Source: Macrostomum lignano | Taxonomy: Eukaryota | Direction of reading: 5' to 3' | Assembly: GCA_002269645.1 (NCBI GenBank) | Contig: NIVC01002417.1 | Location: 1 to 64,000, forward strand | Length of the DNA stretch: 64,000 nt | Shown here: positions 37,704-49,100 of the stretch, piece by piece | How positions within the stretch are numbered: position 1 is the stretch's first letter | How the letters are laid out: every line of letters starts with the position of its first letter | The notes under the pieces: generated by a model | Told to the model about the DNA's origin: nothing | Seen by the model: the letters and a program-made list of their open reading frames with translations, nothing else | The model's database searches: none | Position numbers and translations under genes: made by a program

Positions 37704-39237
37704 ATGCAGCATCAACCGTTTAAACCATCCACGCCGGTCCGCACTGGTGCAAAACAGCGGGTTCTTAAACGGACCAACACTTACAGTCCGAGCGAGTTCG
37801 TTGCTAGGATACGGGCTGCTGAAAATGCCGCTACGGTGAGACTGACTACTGTCTGACAATGCCACTCTCTACTGTCTGACAATGCCACTCCCTACTGTCA
37901 GACAATGCCACTCACTACTGTCTGACAATGCAATTCTCTACTGTCTGACAATGCCACTCACTACTGTCTGACAATGCCATTCTCTACTGTCTGATAATGC
38001 CATTCTCTACTGTCTGACAATGCCACTCACTACTGTCTGACAATGCCATTCTCTACTGTCTGATAATGCCATTCTCTACTGTCTGACAATGCCACTCACT
38101 ACTGTCTGACAATGCCATTCTCTACTGTCTGACAATGCCACTCACTACTGTCTGACAATGCCATTCTCTACTGTCTGACAATGCCATTCTCTACTGTCTG
38201 ACAATGCCATTCTCTACTGTCTGACAATGCCATTCTCTACTGTCTGACAATGCCATTCTCTACTGTCTGACAATGCCATTCTCTACTGTCTGACAATGCC
38301 ATTCTCTACTGTCTGACAATGCCATTCTCTACTGTCTGACAATGCCATTCTCTACTGTCTGACAATGCCACTCACTACTGTTTGACAATGCCACTCACTA
38401 CTGTCTGACAATGCCAGTCACTACTGTCTGACAATGCCACTCACTACTGTCTGACAATGCCATTCTCTACTGTCTGACAATGCCACTCACTACTGTCTGA
38501 CAATGCCACTCACTACTGTCTGACAATGCCACTCACTACTGTCTGACAATGCCACTCACTACTGTCTGACAATGCCACTCACTACTGTCTGACAATGCCA
38601 TTCTCTACTGTCTGATAATGCCATTCTCTACTGTCTGACAATGCCACTCACTACTGTCTGACAATGCCACTCACTACTGTCTGACAATGCCACTCTCTAC
38701 TGTCTGACTGTACCTAAATGATATTAGCTTCTGTGCTTCTGTTCCAGAAAAATGGGAAGAGGCCTCATTTGACAGCCATATGAAGATGAAAATCATAGCG
38801 GTTTTATGGCATCGTAATTCGTGACCAGCACAATAAAACCAACCATGGGAACACAAAAACGCGAAATTAATTTGTTGCTTTCTAACTTTGGCATTTCTTA
38901 CAAATGAACATCGTATTAATTACGGTCGTGAATTCCTGAGCTAATAGATCTTTGTTTTTTGTTTAAACAAGACTCAGAAAATGAAGGCACCTGTTTCTGG
39001 GAAGACTCCTTTTAGTCCACCATATTGAGGCTAAATTTGATTAAAATGTACAATGAGTGGCTTCTAGCATGTTGAATGGTTTTTGCATTACATTTTTGTT
39101 CATTTAGTTTGATCATTTTCGATTATCTCAGAAATAGCTCTCTTCAATTAAAAGTACAACTCGACAGACAATAGCATACTTTGTATTTGCTATTGTCTAT
39201 TGGCTAAATACAAAGACAGACAGACAGACAGACAGGC

Positions 39238-39325
<88 letters not shown>

Positions 39326-39331
39326 TGACTT

Positions 39332-39378
<47 letters not shown>

Positions 39379-39381
39379 GTC

Positions 39382-39418
<37 letters not shown>

Positions 39419-39501
39419 GGCAGACAGTCAGACAGACAGACAGACAGACAGGCAGACAGTCAGACAGACAGACAGACAGACATACAGACAGACAGACAGT
39501 C

Positions 39502-39566
<65 letters not shown>

Positions 39567-39569
39567 GTC

Positions 39570-39604
<35 letters not shown>

Positions 39605-39605
39605 A

Positions 39606-39662
<57 letters not shown>

Positions 39663-41843
39663 GTCGGGCAGGAGCAGATGAACTCAAGAACAGAGAGTAC
39701 ATGAAAGATTCGAAGACACACTCAGAAGCTCCGCCTCCTCATCCCACCGCTCTGTCTCACCCGCTCTGTCTCGGCATTCGAGTGCAGCGGCAAAGAAAAC
39801 CCAGTGGAGCTGAGAGTCCTGGGCGACTTGGTGTGTGTCAGCCACCCCTTTTTGAAGCTGTTCAAACAGACACACCTCACAGGACTATCGAATCTGGCTG
39901 GAGCCCCCTCTCTGCCTTTGCCTATGCTAGATCCCCTGCTCCCTAGCATCACCTTCTTTCTCTTTCCTTCATCATCATGAGCTAGCTCGATTTGGAGTTC
40001 TGGCATTCGCTGGGTGTTGCCAGAATGGCACTAGACATGGCGCCAGAATGGCACTAGAAATGGCGCCAGAATGGCACTAGACGTGGCGCCAGAATGGCAC
40101 TAGACGTGGCGCCAGAATGGCACTAGACGTGGCGCCAGAATGGCACTAGACATGGCGCCAGAATGGCACTAGACATGGCGCCAGAATAGCACTAGAAATG
40201 GCGCCAGAATGGCACTAAACGTGGCGCCAGAATGGCACTAGACATGACGCCAGAATGGCACTAGACATGGCGCCAGAAAAGCACTAAACATGGCGCCAGA
40301 ATGGCACTAGACATGGCGCCAGAATGGCACTAGACATGGCGCCAGAATAGCACTAGACATGGCGCCAGAATAGCACTAAACATGGCGCCAGAATGGCACT
40401 AGCCATGGCGCCAGAATGGCACTAGACATGGCGCCAGAATGGCACTAGACATGGCACCGGAATAGCACTAGACATGGCACCGGAATGGCACTAGACATAG
40501 CGCCGGAATGGCACTAGACATGGCACCGGAATGGCACTAGACATAGCGCCAGAATGGCACTAGACAATACGGCAAAAGGGGGATTTTAAGGCGTGAAGTC
40601 TTGCCTTATTTCCGCGGGGAGGGGGGGAGTCATGGGGGTTGTAGAGGCTGCCCTTTTCCGCTCAGATTCCAGCTGGACCCAGCCCAGTAATTAGTCAATT
40701 ATACCGCCATGAAGTGCACTTGAGCTTGTATAATCAATCTCCCCTGTTCTATCCCTCCCGCTATCTCGCTAATCAAACTAACTCCAAGAAATCAGTTTAC
40801 ATCTTCAATTCTCGTTGCTGACGACAAGATAGGCGATGGAGGTGGAGCAACCGCGTGGGACCTGCTTGTAGGCGTGTCAGTATCCTAAGAAGGCGTCTTC
40901 TTGTCAGCTTCAATAGAAACTAACTACATTTGGATACTTCTGGCTAGTATCTAGCTGGCAAGACATCAGCTTCCTGAAGCAGCTGCTTGAAATGTTACTG
41001 AAGTACAAGGTTTAAAAAGAATCCTTTAGTGTAAGCCTGTTGTAGACTTAGACATAGTGATGTCATCATGAATAGGATGAGGTCAGTCTCCCAAATAACC
41101 CTGGATGAGGTGACATCAGTCTCCCAGATAACCCTGGATGAGGTGACGTCAGTCTCCCAGATAACCCTGGATGAGGTGACGTCAGTCTCTCAAATAACCC
41201 TGGATGAGGTGACGTCAGTCTCCCAAATAACCCTGGATGAGGTGACGTCAGTCTCTCAAATAACCCTCGATGAGGTGACGTCAGTCTCTCAAATAACCCT
41301 GGATGAGGTGACGTCAGTCTCCCAAATAACCCTGGATGAGGTGACGTCAGTCTCTCAAATAACCCTCGATGAAGTGACTTTAGTCACATAAATAATCCCA
41401 GAAAGTGACGTCATAGTGTTTAAATAGTGCCTAACAAGCCCTGATAACATTACGTCATAGCTTAGCTCGAATTTGACCTGGCTGAAGTGACAGTACTTTT
41501 CAAGATCACGTAATTTCCTAAATGTCCCCTCAGAGATTCTTTTTGAACTTGAGCAATTCAGCAATATTCAATATTCACAATTCAATTTTCAAGCACACTG
41601 CAGTTAACCAACCGTGTCGAAACCATTGAATCAGGCGGCCGCCCAGCTGGTGCGGCACAACAGCGAGCTCAGCGTCTCAAGCGGCGAGGACGGCGGCGTC
41701 TTCGAAACTGCCGAACTGCAGCCGCAGACTCTGCATCGTAGGGGGCGGCGGGCTGCGATCTACAACTCCAAGGTAGCTGGCCCATTGTCTGTCTGTCTGT
41801 GTGTCTGTCTGTGTGTCTGTCTGTCTGTCTCGGTCTGTCCGTA

Positions 41844-41922
<79 letters not shown>

Positions 41923-42734
41923 CTGTCTATACTGTCTATACTACCCTTTCCGCAAGCGACTCTAATGTGTCTGAGGTCTTCACGGTCCACTTTTCTATAT
42001 CTCAGGAGTCTTTTCCGACCCCTTTTATCGCCGCGTCTTTTTAAGTCAATCAGAATTGATGACACACGCCATTTCCAGCGCGGAATGAAATAATTAATTT
42101 ATAGAGTCTGCATATTATTTCTCCCAGTAACCTGGCCCTGGTAGAAAGAAACCGAATAATGCTGACTTGCAGCAGCGCATGGCTCCTCTGCGCTCCTCTG
42201 CCGCTCTGCCACTTGCGTCAGCCAAAGCACCCCGAGCCGTGGATTAAGCGAAGAAATCCCAAGACTCATGGATATCTTAGGCCTGCAGTGCCAGCTGCCT
42301 GTCTAACCCCTGTGCACTTACCTTATCCTCGCTGCCCTCCCCATGTCATCATTTCTGCCTTTTGCCCATCCACTGTAGAATTTTCGGCCAAAGCACTCCC
42401 TTGGGTGTTGCTGCTCCTGAATATTTCATTATTGAGTTTGGGGTGCACGGTTCAAGCACAGCTCTGACCTGAAACAGGTTTTATACAGCTGACTGCCTGA
42501 CTGACTGACTGACTGACTGACTGACTGACTGACTGACTGACTGACTGACTGACTGACTGACTGACTGACTGACTGACTGACTGACTGACTGACTGACTGA
42601 CTGACTGACTGACTGACTGACTGACTGACTGACTGACTGACTGACTGACACCCACCGCACTTGTAGCGCAGTCAGCTCCGCAGTCCTGACCGCAGTCCAG
42701 ACGATTCAATCACAGAGGATGACGACGGAAGCAG
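37704..42734 (+). CDS. Probable 5' low-complexity exons of the same RhoGEF gene (37704-37835, ~39670-39990 unresolved, 41635-41772, 42684-42734)
   Basis: 37704-37835 runs from ATG to a gtgag donor ([11 protein letters not shown]...). 41635-41772 is an open frame ending aag|gt. 42684-42734 joins in phase 2 to 43160. The intervening exons could not be joined cleanly. Confidence 0.5.
37845..38705. repeat. 23-bp minisatellite ctactgtctgacaatgccattct
   Basis: Starts about 10 nt after the donor at 37836. Confidence 0.95.
39215..39663. repeat. (CAGA)n microsatellite
   Basis: Seen directly. Confidence 0.97.
40020..40565. repeat. 23-bp minisatellite ggcgccagaatggcactagacat
   Basis: Seen directly. 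Confidence 0.95.
41075..41380. repeat. 33-bp minisatellite gatgaggtgacgtcagtctcccaaataaccctg
   Basis: About 9 copies; most contain TGACGTCA. Confidence 0.95.
41785..41925. repeat. (TCTG)n microsatellite
   Basis: Seen directly. Confidence 0.95.
42495..42648. repeat. (GACT)n microsatellite
   Basis: Seen directly. Confidence 0.97.
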
Positions 42735-43075
42735 GTGAGTGAATGAAGGGAAGCCTGCTGTCCGAGATTCGGTGAGTGAGTGAAGTGAAGCCTGCTGTCC
42801 GAGATTCGGTGAGTGAGTGAAGGGAAGCCTACTGTCCGAGATTCGGTGAGTGAGTGAAGTGAAGCCTACTGTCCGAGATTCGGTGAGTGAGTGAAGTGAA
42901 GCCTACTGTCCAAGATTCAGTGAGTGAGTGAAGGGAAGCCTACTGTCCGAGATTCGGTGAGTGAGTGAAGGGAAGCTTGCTGTCCGAGATTCGGTGAGTG
43001 AGTGAAGGGAAGCTTGCTGTCCGAGATTCGGTGAGTGAGTGAAGGGAAGCCTATTGTCCGAGATTCGGTGAGTGC
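42735..43075. repeat. 37-bp minisatellite gtgagtgagtgaagggaagcctactgtccgagattcg, starting at the splice donor
   Basis: The first unit begins at the GT at 42735. Confidence 0.95.
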
Positions 43076-43159
43076 GGAATGGGCAGAATTGCAGTGCATT
43101 GTCCTGCCACTTCAGATTAATTTTATGCACCGAATTTCCTTCATCAAACTCGATTTCAG

Positions 43160-46100
43160 CAACGCGGAAGCAGCCAGGAATCGAAGGCGCAGCTCCTTGG
43201 CCTTGAACATCGAGGTTTTGCCGAGGGTCGACGTTCTGCGACAGCGAAGCAAGCAGCTGCTGAGAAAGCAGAACACCATTGCCGATCTGACTCAGAAAAG
43301 TCTGCAGAGATACGCCAGCAGCGAGGGTCAGCCACTGCTGTGCCTAGTTCTCCTCTCTCCCCATTCTGTGCCCTCCTCTCTCAACATTCTGTGCCCTCCT
43401 CTCTCCCCATTCTGTGCCCTCTTCTCTTAACATTCTGTGCCCTCCTCTCTCCCCATTCTGTGCCCTCCTCTCTCCCCATTCTGTGCCCTCCTCTCTTAAC
43501 ATTCTGTGCCCTCCTCTCTCCCCATTCTGTGCCCTCCTCTCTCCCCATTCTGTGCCCTCCTCTCTTAACATTCTGTGCCCTCCTCTCTCCCCATTCTGTG
43601 CCCTCCTCTCTCCCCATTCTGTGCCCTCCTCTCTCAACATTCTGTGCCCTCCTCTCTCCCCATTCTGTGCCCTCCTCTCTCAACATTCTGTGCCCTCCTC
43701 TCTCCCCATTCTGTGCCCTCCTCTCTCAACATTCTGTGCCCTCCTCTCTCCCCATTCTGTGCCCTCCTCTCTCAACATTCTGTGCCCTCCTCTCTCCCCA
43801 TTCTGTACCTTCCACTCTCCCCATAACTGACTGAAACAAATACTCAAATGAATTTGGTCTGCACACGAACGCAGTTTTGTCTTGTACTTTTCTATAAGCC
43901 TTATTTATCCTAATGACTATAGTCATTATGTTATTGACTATGCCAATCTTACCCTAGTAAGGGCTTTCTTTGAGTCTTACCCCATTGAAGAAGTTATTAA
44001 TAAGCTCATCATTGCTCCACTTTCGTTACCTCTGTCCTCTCCACGTCTTTCGAATCCACAAACAAGCGCCATTCTGCTAATCCCTCTCTGCTAATCCATA
44101 TTTCTACTAGTAATGCCTTACTTTACCCTTTGTGAACACGAGTCAGTGCAGGAATGTCTTAGTACTTTTGAACTTGCCAACCCGCAGATCTGAGGAAACG
44201 GGCGTCAAAGTCAATTTTAAGACTGGTCAGTTTTTAAAGCTGATTTGCAGGTGGCCGGATAGTTACTGAAAAAATTAGGTGGTAGAGGTGCAAACAGGAG
44301 GGTTCAGAATGGGCAGAGAGGAGGGTGAAGAGAGGGAGAGAGGAGGGTACAGAATAGGGAGAAAGGAGGGTACAGAATGGGAAGAGAGGAGGGTACAGAA
44401 TGGGGAGAGAGGAGGGTACAGAATGGGAAGAGAGGAGGGTACAGAATGGGGAGAGAGAAGGGTACAGAATGGGGAGAGAGGAGGGTACAGAATGGGAAGA
44501 GAGGAGGGTACAGAATGGGGAGAGAGAAGGGTACAGAATGGGGAGAGAGGAGGGTACAGAATGGGAAGAGAGAGAAGGGTACAGAATGGGGAGAGAGGAG
44601 GGTACAGAATGGGGAGAGAGGAGGGTACAGAATGGGGAGAGAGAGAAGGGTACAGAATGGGGAGAGAGGAGGGTACAGAATGGGGAGAGAGAGAAGGGTA
44701 CAGAATGGGAAGAGAGGAGGGTACAGAATGGGGAGAGAGAGAAGGGTACAGAATGGGGAGAGAGGAGGGTACAGAATGGGGAGAGAGGAGGGTACAGAAT
44801 GGGGAGAGAGGAGGGTGAAGAGAGGGAGAGAGGAGGGTGAAGAGAATGAGAGAGGAGGGTGAAGAGAGGGAGAGAGGAGGGTGAAGAGTAGGAGAGAGGA
44901 CGGTACTGATTCAAAGTTTTGAACTTTCAGATTGACATCCGAAGGAATCGCGGTAAAGACTCGTCTCAAAGCAACCTTCAGGAGGCGATGCTGCTTCTGC
45001 CTGGATCAGAATTTCGCGACACTTACCTAATCTCATTCAAGGTTTCCATCAATTTAACTACTTTAAGTAGTTTAACGTGCTTTTGTCTAAATAGTTGTGG
45101 GCTAAGTCCGCAATTTTCCAAAAAAATCTTCAGCCAGCGAGAGAGCCAGAAGTCATGCCCATTTCACTAACCCTTGAGTATGCACCCTTGAGTATGCACC
45201 CTTGAGTATGCACCCTTGAGTATGCACCCTTGAGTATGCACCCTTGAGTATGCACCCTTGAGTACGGACTCATAAAAGGTGTACAGCGGCCCCAATATTT
45301 CTTACTGTCTCGCATGCACACACCCTGGGCATTTGGCTTTGGTCCTCATTAACCTCACGAGCTTCAATCTTTCTTCACGAGCTCCAATCAATGTCCCGAG
45401 CACGGATTCGAACCCGGGCACTTCACGAGCTTCAATCAATGTCCCCGAGCACGGATTCGAACCCGGGCACTTCACGAGCTCCAATCAATGTCCCCGAGCA
45501 CGGATTCGAACCCGGGCACTTCACGAGCTTCAATCAATGTCCCCGAGCACGGATTCGAACCCGGGCACTTCACGAGCTTCAATCAATGTCCCCGAGCACG
45601 GATTCGAACCCGGGCACTTCACGAGCTTCAATCAATGTCCCTGAGCACGGATTCGAACCCGGGCACTTCAGTGCGAGAGAAGTCGGGAGCTGCTCTGCCC
45701 CCCCCCCACCCGCACAAAGCAACACGCTTTTTTTATTTAAAAATTTCCAGAAGAAGCACTGGACGGAACTGTCTGACAGTTGGGACTCAGAAATCAGCGA
45801 GTCCGAGCGCTTGAGACGCGAAGCTGTCTGGGAGCTCTTCAGGTCCGAGCTAATCTACTTGACGGATTACCTGATGGTCTTGAAACACGTAAGTTGAATT
45901 TCCTTTTGCTCCGTCCGTTGAAACTGGCTGTTTGAGATTCTCAAGAGCGCTTTCCAGTACAATTTATAAACCAGAAACTTGCTTTCAGAGTTTTATAATG
46001 GAATTCAACTTATGATTATTCTCTGGACTCTCTTCAACTTAGAATTCCCCTCGGTAATTACCCTCGGGATTCACATCGGGATTCACCTCAGGAATTAACC

Positions 46101-49100
46101 TTGGGATTAACCTCGGGAATTACCCTTGGGATTCACCTCGGGAATTACTCTCGGGATTCACTTCGGGAATTACCCTCGGGATTCACCTCAAGAATTACCC
46201 TCGGGATTCCCCTCGGGAATTACCCTCGGGGTTCACCTCGGGAATTAACCTCGGGATTCACCTCGGGAATTACCCTCGGGATTCCCCTCGGGAATTACCC
46301 TCGGGATTCCCCTCGGGAATTACCCTCGGGATTCACCCCAGAAAAGTACATGTAGGACAATAGAACTGTAAATTATTACTTTCCACCGCAGTGCTTTCTG
46401 GAGCCGCTAAAGAAGCTGCAAGTCGACGGCCATCTCATGATTGTTGAACCTGACGATTTGTTTGGAAATGTGGACGAGTTGTGCTACGTAAGTGCAAGCT
46501 TTCTTGTGCCTCACTGTCTCCCCTGACTCCCTACTGTCTCCCTTGAAACCCCACTGTCTCCCTTGACACCCCACTGTCTCCCTTGACACCCCACTGTCTC
46601 CCCTGACACCCCACTGTCTCCCCTGACACTCCACTGTCTCCCCTGACGACCCACTGTCTCCCCTGACACTCCACTGTCTTCCCTGACACCCCTTTCTCCC
46701 CTGACGACCCACTGTCTCCCCTGACTCCCTACTGTCTCCCTTGAAACCCCACTGTCTCCCTTGACACCCCACTGTCTCCCCTGACGCCCCACTGTCTCCC
46801 CTGACACCCCACTGTCTCCCCTGACACCCCATTGTCTCCCCTGACACCCAACTGTCTTCCCTGACACCCCACTGTCTCCCCTGACGCCCCACTGTCTCCC
46901 CTGACACCCCACTGTCTCCCCTGACACCCCATTGTCTCCCCTGACACCCAACTGTCTTCCCTGACACCCCACTGTCTCCCCTGACGCCCCACTGTCTCCC
47001 CTGACACCCCACTGTCTCCCCTGACACCCCATTGTCTCCCCTGACACCCAACTATCTTCCCTGACACCCCACTGTCTCCCCTGACGCCCCACTGTCTCCC
47101 CTGACACCCAACTGTCTTCCCCGTCACCCTACTGTCTTCCCTGACACCCAACTGTCTCCCCTGACACCCAACAACTCATCTGACACCCCACTGTCTCCCC
47201 TGACACACTAAAGTCCCCCTGATGAAGCAACAGCCCACTGCCTCCCCCTCACATTCTACTGTCTCCCTTAAAACACCAATGCCCCTATAATACGCTCGTA
47301 CCTCACTGTCTCCTCCACTGAAACCCCGCTGTCTCTCCTGACAACCCCAGCTTCCCGAATGTCCCAGTCAATTGTCTGTCTCCTAGCAACCCGCAAGCAT
47401 CGCACCATATTCTACCCGAAAGGTGAGCTACACATTCTCGCGCGACCTGCTGTCAGTGTTTCTCAAAGAGGCCGCCAGTCAGCAGCTGGGCACCGCGAGT
47501 GGACTGGCAAAGTCCCTGAAAAGGGTTGAGTGCAACTTGATGCTGAAGATGGGAAGTTCTAGTTAGAGATTGTATGGTAATGTCAGAAATTGCAAGGAGG
47601 TCAGAGAGATTATTATGAGTAGTTAAATGAACCTATGGAAGTTTAGAAGAGCCACTGGATGCAATAGGGATCCAGGTGAGACATTGATAGTGTCGTTTGG
47701 CGAGACAGCTGAGCGTCAGGGAAGACAAAGGGGTGTCAGGGGAGACAGTGGGATGTCAGGGGAGACAGTGGGATGTCGGGGGAGACAGTGGGGTGTCAGG
47801 GAAAACAGTGGGGTGTCAGGGAAAACAGTGGGGTTTCAGGGAAAACAGTGGGGTATCAGGGAAAACATTGGGGTGTCAGAGAAGACAGTGAGGTGTCAAG
47901 AAAGACAGTGGGGTGTCAGAAGAGACAGTGGGGTGTCAGGGGAGACAGTGGGGTGTCAGGTGAGACAGTGGGGCGTCAGGGTAGACAGTGGGGTGTCAGG
48001 GGAGACAGTGGGATGTCAGGGAAAACAGTGGGTGTCAGGGAAAACAGTGGGGTGTCAGGGAAAACAGTGGGGTGTCAGGGAAAACAGTGGGGTTTCAGGG
48101 AAAACAGTGGGGTATCAGGGAAAACATTGGGGTGTCAGAGAAGACAGTGAGGTGTCAAGAAAGACAGTGGGGTGTCAGAAGAGACAGTGGGGTGTCAGGG
48201 GAGACAGTGGGGTGTCAGGTGAGACAGTGGGGCGTCAGGGTAGACAGTGGGGTGTCAGGGGAGACAGTGGGATGTCAGGGAAAACAGTGGGTGTCAGGGA
48301 AAACAGTGGGGTGTCAGAGGAGACAGTGAGGTGTCAAGAAAGACAGTGGGGTGTCAGAGGAGACAGTGGGGGGTCAGGGAAGACAGTGGGGGTCAGGGGA
48401 GACAGTGGGGTGTCAGGGAAAACAGTGGGGTGTCAGGGAAAACAGTGGGGTGTCAGGAAAAATAGTGGGGTGTCAAAGGAAACAGTGGGTGTCAGGGGAG
48501 ACAGTGGGGTGTCAGGGGAGACAGGGGGTGTCAGTGGAGACGGTGGGGGTGTCAGGGGAGACAATGGAGTGTCTCTCTTCATAAAAGACATTTATCTTGA
48601 TTCTGGATTTTCTTTAGCCCTTTTGCAACGGAATTTCAGTGGAACGCCTCTTCAAGAAATGGCGATGTTTATCACAGCTACTGCCTGAACTACCACTGCG
48701 CTATAACTTATTTGGACATTCTGCGACGAAATGAGCAGTTCGCTGAGTATGAGAGGGTAAGTTCTGGCGGCTCTCTAGTGCAAGTTCTGACACCGGTAGA
48801 GCAGGTGTGACACCGATCATGACCCAGGTAGAGCAGGTGTGGCACCGATCATCACCCAGGTGGAACAGGTGGAACATTGATCATGACCCAGGTAGAACAG
48901 GTGTGACACCGATCATGACCCAGGTGGAACAGGTGGAACATCGATCATGACCCAGGTAGAACAGGTGTGGCACCGATCATGACCCAGGTGGAACAGGTGG
49001 AACATCGATCATGACCCAGGTGGAACAGGTGTGGCACCGATCATGACCCAGGTGGAACAGGTGGAACATCGATCATGACCCAGGTAGAACAGGTGTGGCA

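Noticed and set aside
43340-48688. Many 100-350-aa repetitive ORFs (REEGTEWG, GVRGDSG and similar)
   Set aside because: Minisatellite translations inside RhoGEF introns.
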